Positions 57,912 to 64,000 of a stretch of DNA of 64,000 nucleotides are shown here, piece after piece. The stretch lies in assembly GCA_964016885.1 (NCBI GenBank), contig OZ024747.1, positions 43,772,001-43,836,000 of the forward strand. Reading direction: 5' to 3'. Numbering within the stretch: the stretch's first letter is position 1; each line of letters begins with the position of its first letter. Below the pieces are notes generated by a model that ran no database searches, had not been told where the DNA came from, and saw only the letters and a list, made by a program, of their open reading frames with translations. This DNA is from Eledone cirrhosa. Lineage: Eukaryota. A program made the translations under genes and the position numbers.

Positions 57912-59387
57912 TCAACAGAGGTAGCTTTCCTTGAAAGGTTGATAATTTGGTATAGTGTGAGGGTACTTGACATGCCAAACAATGTGAAACGTGAACTCAA
58001 TTCGGTCTTGGCAGTGCTTGTTACAGGACGGACATCGAAACGGATCTTCGTCAATCGGTGAGTGCAGGCTCTGATGGAGGTGGAACATTGTGTAGTCATG
58101 AAAGTAAATCCCGCAGTGGAAACACTGATGGAAGCCAACATCTGTAGTTGGGGTAGCTGAGGTAGTTGTCACATCACGTTTTTCCTCTGATTCTGAATCT
58201 AAGCTTGGGGTTTTAGATGTTTGGATAAAGCTACCTCTCTTCCATCGGTAATGCTCTGATGTAGCCGTTTCGCACACCATGCTTGCAGTTGAAACAGTTG
58301 CAGTAGACTTGTTCATGCTCAAGTCCATAACGCTGTCCTCAGATGTACGGGTCAAAGTTGACAAAGGTGGAGCCATCTGGGCAGACTGAGGTAGATCTGT
58401 TAATGGAGTGTTTGAGGGCGATAGGATTTGTGATGCAGATGAGGTAGAGGGGTATTGCTTTTCTTTATCTTTCTGACTCTCTGCTGATGATGTTCTTAGA
58501 AGTTCTGAAGAGCTCATATCAGCCACCGAAGTCAATGATGGTGGAGAATGGATAACGCTACGTGATGGCATGGCAATTGTGTACAAGCTTGGAGGTGTGC
58601 TCGTATGAACATAAGTCGTTGTTTCTGCAGTGTGACAATTGCCGCTACTAGTGACCATACTTTTGTGAACCCCATGGTGCTGGTCTTCCATTTCAGATGG
58701 TGTCGTTGGTGGAGTCACTTGTTCCAGTTTAATTGAACTCAGGGAAGAAATAGCCTGAAGATGTTGCTGTTCACTTTGCATATCTCTTTGGTGCGGTTGC
58801 TGTGATGACCTTTCAAGTTGTTGAGGCGGAGGCTTACCTTGTAGCAGCCCAGCCTGTTGCTGTGACTGATCATGGAGTGTTAAATTTGATGGAACTGCTG
58901 ATCCTGATGTTGTTGTCGTTGTGTTGTGCATAAGAGTCTCATAAGTCAATGCTTGTTGCAGCAATGCTCTCTGTTGCATGGCAAAAGCCTGGTAGGCAGC
59001 CAAGTTGACCTGGGGAGTTGGTCGTGCCGGATTGCGGTAGCCGTAGAGTTTGCCACGCATGTGTACATTACGCTCGTGACGGCGTAGATCGTTACTCTGT
59101 GTGAAGCAGCGGTGACATATCTTACATTTGTAAGGTCTCTCACCTGTATGCACCCTTTCGTGCACTTTGAGATTAGAGGACCACAGGAACGACTTCCCAC
59201 ATGTTTGGCAAACATACGGCCTATCCGCACGATGGAGCTGTTCATGCTTTCGCAGTGTTGCCACCTCGCGGAACGAGCGCTGGCACAGTTCGCAACGATA
59301 TGGCCGAGCACTGCTGGAGGATACAGCGGCGGGAGGTGGGTATTTAATCCCGCTATTTGCTTCGTTACCACCACTGGAATCCTCCAT
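57912..59387 (-). CDS. C2H2 zinc-finger transcription factor exon: 3 N-terminal C2H2 fingers, Q/S/T-rich middle, C-terminal Ikaros/Hunchback-like finger pair
   Basis: Open frame of about 491 codons in non-repetitive sequence. Fingers: YRCELCQRSFREVATLRKHEQLH, YVCQTCGKSFLWSSNLKVHERVH-TGERP-YKCKICHRCFTQSNDLRRHERNVH. C-terminus: HQCFHCGIYFHDYTMFHLHQSLH..DPFRCPSCNKHCQDRIEFTFHIVWH. A polypyrimidine tract plus TTTTGCAG acceptor (59391-59420) lies 3 nt before the ATG at 59387, so upstream exons may add residues. Stop TGA at 57914-57912. Confidence 0.93.
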   Translation of the reverse strand: MEDSSGGNEANSGIKYPPPAAVSSSSARPYRCELCQRSFREVATLRKHEQLHRADRPYVCQTCGKSFLWSSNLKVHERVHTGERPYKCKICHRCFTQSNDLRRHERNVHMRGKLYGYRNPARPTPQVNLAAYQAFAMQQRALLQQALTYETLMHNTTTTTSGSAVPSNLTLHDQSQQQAGLLQGKPPPQQLERSSQQPHQRDMQSEQQHLQAISSLSSIKLEQVTPPTTPSEMEDQHHGVHKSMVTSSGNCHTAETTTYVHTSTPPSLYTIAMPSRSVIHSPPSLTSVADMSSSELLRTSSAESQKDKEKQYPSTSSASQILSPSNTPLTDLPQSAQMAPPLSTLTRTSEDSVMDLSMNKSTATVSTASMVCETATSEHYRWKRGSFIQTSKTPSLDSESEEKRDVTTTSATPTTDVGFHQCFHCGIYFHDYTMFHLHQSLHSPIDEDPFRCPSCNKHCQDRIEFTFHIVWHVKYPHTIPNYQPFKESYLC

Positions 59388-59390
59388 CCT

Positions 59391-59420
59391 CTGCAAAATG
59401 TAAAGAAAAAAAAAAACGTA
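59391..59420 (-). promoter_or_regulatory. Splice acceptor of the zinc-finger coding exon
   Basis: Minus strand reads tttttttttttctttacattttgcAG|AGGATGGAG. Composition changes sharply from AT-rich intron to coding-like sequence at this point. Confidence 0.75.
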
Positions 59421-61133
59421 TTAAATTTTGGAAAAACTGGAAAATATATAGTTTTAAAACATAAACACACATATAAATAAAATAGATGTAAAATTCTAAA
59501 AAAAATTTCCTGTCTGGAAATATAAACGCCTGCAGAAAATAAATAATTTTACTAATCCATTAAATTTTTTTAACGATATAACATGGAAACTAATCCGGAT
59601 ATTGTAAAATTATTAAAGCAGAAAAGAAGTGTAGGTTTTTTTATATAGAATGGTACTTCTGATTAAAAACAGGAGAATTGGAGACTGGTATAAATAGATT
59701 ATATTCACTCAGCTGCAACAAAATTGGAGATCATGCTTTGATAAGGAAGTGAAATATCATTTGATAAGATGAAGTTGGAAAACATTAGAGTGGGCTGAAT
59801 GCCAGCTGAAGATTGGACCAGTGTATTATTGGTACTCGTAGTACTACGATGAAATGTTAATTTAGGCCTGAGAGAGAAAAGAGCAGGTAAATAGGAAGTG
59901 GCTTTGTAATCTGTTAATAGTAGGATGTGTCTGATGAGCAGACACTTCCATCAAATCAACACTTTAAATATGAATATACAAATAAACACTGAAGAACAGT
60001 ATATACGTTTGGAAACAACAACAGTATGTCTGATAAGTATTTCCTTCACCTAATATTGATACATCTTGTAAGAGCAAGTGCTACTGCTGTGACATCATAT
60101 ATATACACACACACACATATACATATAATTAAATAAATATAAGTTTAAACTTCTACAAATTAGAAATTACAATCTTTAACACAGTAAGTTTTTATATTTT
60201 TAATTTGGAGAGAGAAGGGGGGGGGAGTAGAGGTAACAAAAATCAAGATAGATGCTGTAAAACATAAAACTAGGACTTTAATAAAGATTTTCTTTCAGCT
60301 AGCTAGAAACAAAGAAAGACTTTGCAAGGGATACAAGATATGGTCAATAAATTTCTTCTTACTCTATCCACTTAGTGCTTTATCAAGTCAGAGAAACAAC
60401 AAAAATGTATAACATTACAATGCTATACACATGCATATATATATCTTTGAGTTTGGTTGAAAATATTGTATCCCTGTCAGCATATATAACTTTGAACTTG
60501 GTTTGAAACATCATACACAAGTCTTTCTTTCGACATAACATTTTCCACAAGTGTTCCTATTTGCCATAGTTTCTAGCTTGTCTCTACAATCATGATGCAA
60601 ACGCCTAAACCACGACACATACTGTGCAAACGCCTTCAGACAAGACACATACTGTGAAACACACACACATACATACATTAACAAGACACACTCATAGTAT
60701 GAAACACACTTACATACAAACACAATATTTAGACATTCAAAAGGCACACTGATAGTGTGAAATACACACATACAAATACAAGACACACACACATATATAT
60801 ATATATGACTGATCTATCTGCACAAACACTCGTAGAGGAGGAATAAATTTAGCAATTGTGAACAGTTACTTGCAAATCTTATTTCTTGTATAAATGAATG
60901 ATATTTGACTAGAAATATATGTATGTTGCATACCTTATTTCAGTTCTCTATGTTGCATACCTTATTTCTTTTCATTTTCTATATAGATATTAAGTAGTTT
61001 CATAGTTTCAGTTCTCTTAGAATTTACTGTCTTTTTATCTTTTTTCTATTTTACATTTATCACTTCAGGTTATTGTTTTCATTCCTTTTGCATTTTAGTT
61101 TCATATTTTTTAGCACACTAAAATAAAATTTAA

Positions 61134-61200
<67 letters not shown>

Positions 61201-61398
61201 GAGAGAGAGAGAGAGAGAGAGAGTGTGTGTGTGTATGCATGTGTTCTATTTTCTTTTATAGAAGCATATTGAAATGCAGGTAAAATTTTAGGAGGTAAAA
61301 TATCTAAGAAATAATATAAGTAATGTGAAGAATTAGCAAGATTTTCATTTAACAAATTGACAACTAACTTAGTATATTTCCCATTGAATGCATTGCCT

Positions 61399-61632
61399 TT
61401 AACCCTTTTGAAACCAAACTACCTAAAACTGCCCCTGTTTCTATGATACAAAACTGTTTTGAAATGTCTTTATCTGAAAACATTCCATCATAATTTGGTG
61501 AAACAAAACTTTTTTAGTTATGCTCCAAACAGCAACTTAATAATGAGAAAGTTAGTTATATTACAAATTCTCGATTGTTTCTGAAGTTATAGGCATTGTC
61601 TTTCATTAGAAATATGGCAACAAAAGAGTTAA
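61399..61632. mobile_element. Non-autonomous DNA transposon (MITE), TTAA-flanked with CCC-like termini (piggyBac-like)
   Basis: TTAA-cccttttgaaacca...tggcaacaaaagag-TTAA. Homologous copies at 29709-29915, 63581-63825 and 20227-20404. Confidence 0.65.
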
Positions 61633-61879
61633 AAGCCTATATTCCAGAGATATGTAACAGGACAAATGGATTCTACAGAAACCAATTATTCCACCAAAGT
61701 AGATGTTTCTAAGCAATAAAAAGGAGAGTACACCAAGTGGACTGCTATGATTTTACATTGCTGACATCACTTGGTTACTCGTGATCAGGTTTATGGCAGC
61801 TGTCTTGAGAAGACAATGTTTTTAAAAATGACAAAGAGACTAATCCAAATTCTCTAAATTTAATTGATTCACTTTATGA

Positions 61880-62200
61880 TCAATGGACCACTGTTGGTTT
61901 CAAGTTCTTCAATTAATGGGTCAGCCTGCTCATGAATTTAACAGGCACACATACACAATATAATTCTAAAAGAGATTCCATTTAACACAGTGAGTGATGA
62001 GGTTGGCCCTTTGAATCACAGCTACAGTCCATCCGACAGGCTTCCAAACAGCTTCCCTCTACTCAGTTTCACTCACAAGGCTTGGGTCGACCTGAGGCTA
62101 TGGTAAATGACATTTACCCAAGATGTCACACTGTAGGATTGAACCCAAAACCCAATGATTATGAAGGAAACTCCTTAACCATTTATCCATGCTGCATCCA
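61880..62200 (-). mobile_element. SINE family 2 copy
   Basis: cagcctgctcatgaa..ggcccttga..cagtccatccgacaggcttcc..tttcactcacaaggcttgggtcgacc..ggattgaaccc. Confidence 0.65.
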
Positions 62201-63580
62201 CACTTTGTAGCAAAGAACCAATAATTTTTATAAAGATCAGAATTTCACTTAAGTTTTTTATTGAAAGAGCTAAGAAGAAGAAGAAGAAGAAGAAGAAAAA
62301 AGTCTTTCAATCAGAAACTCTCTTCTAGTCTCGATTAATTATATCTTAAAAAATGTAATCAGAGACTTCAAGTCTCAAACATTAACAGGTGTTGCTATTG
62401 AATTGGTTAGAGCCTACGATTAAATAACTGAAGTTTGACATGTCTTTAAAATCAATTTCTACTGTTAATTATTCATTGCATAAAAATATTTTATTCTAGT
62501 TTTAAGTAAAATACAATATCTTTAAGGGAATATATTTGAGTGTCTCAAATTAGTTTCATTTCTGTATTGGTATGCACTAAATTGAAATAAATATGAAGAG
62601 TATGTAAATCAGCCAGTTTCATTACTTTCAGATGTTTTACCTATAAACTTTCTCCAGCACTCATAATGCAAAAAAGCAGCAGATATTAAAAAAATAACTT
62701 TATTTCTAAAGTTGTGCTTTTGTAAGAATAGTCTTTCATTTAGAAAATTGTTTTTAATGGTTGCTTCTGACAGGACCTGATGGAATTTAGTAATATAGCT
62801 AAATTTATTAGTAAAACTGATGCTCAGAACTATTTAAGAAACAGTTCTTACATAAAATTCTGTTGAAAGGTTTTAATATATGTTTGAACACTTTAAAAGA
62901 AGCAGTTTTACATCATAGAACAAGGGTTAATAATGATGTGCTAAATATTACTTATCTTGGGGATTTAAACCATTTCAATAACAGTATATATAAGTAATAT
63001 TTATGTGTAAGTCTCCAATTTAAGTATATTTATGTCGACTGCAACATATATATTTTAATTATGTACGAATCTACAATATATATAAACTTCACTATGTATA
63101 TTTTAGTTATATATAAGTCTACAAAATTTATGTATAAACTATAATTTGTATAAAAAGTAAGTCAATCAGAAATATTAATTATCTAGACGGAAGCAAGATG
63201 CAGTAAGCATCATTGGTATCTCCGATGATGTGAAATACATAGTCACTGATATCGTCACTAGTCGATGTTCTCAATGAGGCTCTTATATGCATGACTGCAA
63301 AAGCAATACATGAAAAGAAAAGCATTGGAGTCAAATATTATGATCACCAAATTTTCTTCTATCCCCCCATATTATTGTTAATTAAAGCATGACTCACTAA
63401 AATAGATCTAATAATAATGTAAGGTTTATTGTTGTTGAGTAGCTTACAGTTAGCTTCACTTGAGTAGATTTATAGCATCAAGCTAGTTACTTGCAGTCTC
63501 TAGATTAGCTAGTGGTTAATAAATAACAGATAATAAATAATCAACTCCATCATATTGTAGATGTCATGTTCCAGCCTGGT

Positions 63581-63825
63581 TTAACCCCTTTCACATCAAA
63601 CTACATAAAGCCACCACTAGTTTTATGTTACAAAACTATTTATATTCATTTAAAAACCTTTCATAATAATTTTATGTAAGGATCTTTGTTAACGTATATT
63701 CCAAACACTAGTAATGAGAAAAGTAGTTATATTACTAAATCCCTCAAAATTATTGTTTATTTTCCAAATTATTTGAAAATCATAGGCAATGTCTTTCATT
63801 ATAAATATGCTAACAAAAGAGTTGA
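63581..63825. mobile_element. TTAA-flanked MITE copy
   Basis: ttaacccctttcacatcaaactac..taatgagaaaagtagtta..aaatatgctaacaaaagagttga, homologous to 61399-61632. Confidence 0.6.
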
Positions 63826-64000
63826 TACAAAACTGCTCTTTGTTATAAGAGTATATATTTCGAGTGAGATGTAGTCAACATCATCAATGTCAATTAACGA
63901 TTGTTTTCCCTGCTAGCAAGAGTTTGTGTATTTATCATCATCACTGTTTAATGTTGATTTTTCGTGCACTTCCTAATGCCACCCACTTAACTGCACGTAT

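Noticed and set aside
58946-59480. Alternative ORFs overlapping the zinc-finger exon
   Set aside because: Off-frame or antisense shadows with no recognisable domains. The track's TTG start at 59396 lies within the splice acceptor.
63140-63325. Acceptor-like ttttgcAG followed by a 43-codon ATG ORF on the minus strand
   Set aside because: No convincing donor and no protein motif; may be a 5'UTR exon of the zinc-finger gene but cannot be supported from sequence alone.

Overview
Eukaryotic (animal) genomic DNA, very AT-rich, dominated by huge (TA)n/(CA)n-derived microsatellite tracts, tRNA-derived SINEs and RTE LINE fragments. The repeat content resembles an octopus/cephalopod genome (inference from repeat style, not checked). 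Only one convincing host coding region is present: a single large minus-strand exon (57912-59387) encoding a C2H2 zinc-finger protein with three N-terminal fingers and an Ikaros/Hunchback-type C-terminal finger pair. The most striking unannotated signal is a set of about nine non-coding islands inside (TA)n tracts that share one architecture: a long inverted repeat or palindrome plus a one-sided tail. Several carry a readable minimal type I hammerhead ribozyme (CUGANGA...GAAA-short palindromic stem III-UH). They belong to at least five sequence families and are best read as non-autonomous Penelope-like or ribozyme-bearing retroelements. Also present: 43-, 50- and 25-bp minisatellites, a five-copy head-to-tail SINE array, a bipartite RTE-derived non-autonomous element, TTAA-flanked MITEs and a Tx1/L1-like remnant. 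Almost all long ORFs in the supplied track are microsatellite artefacts. All alignments and folds were done by eye.
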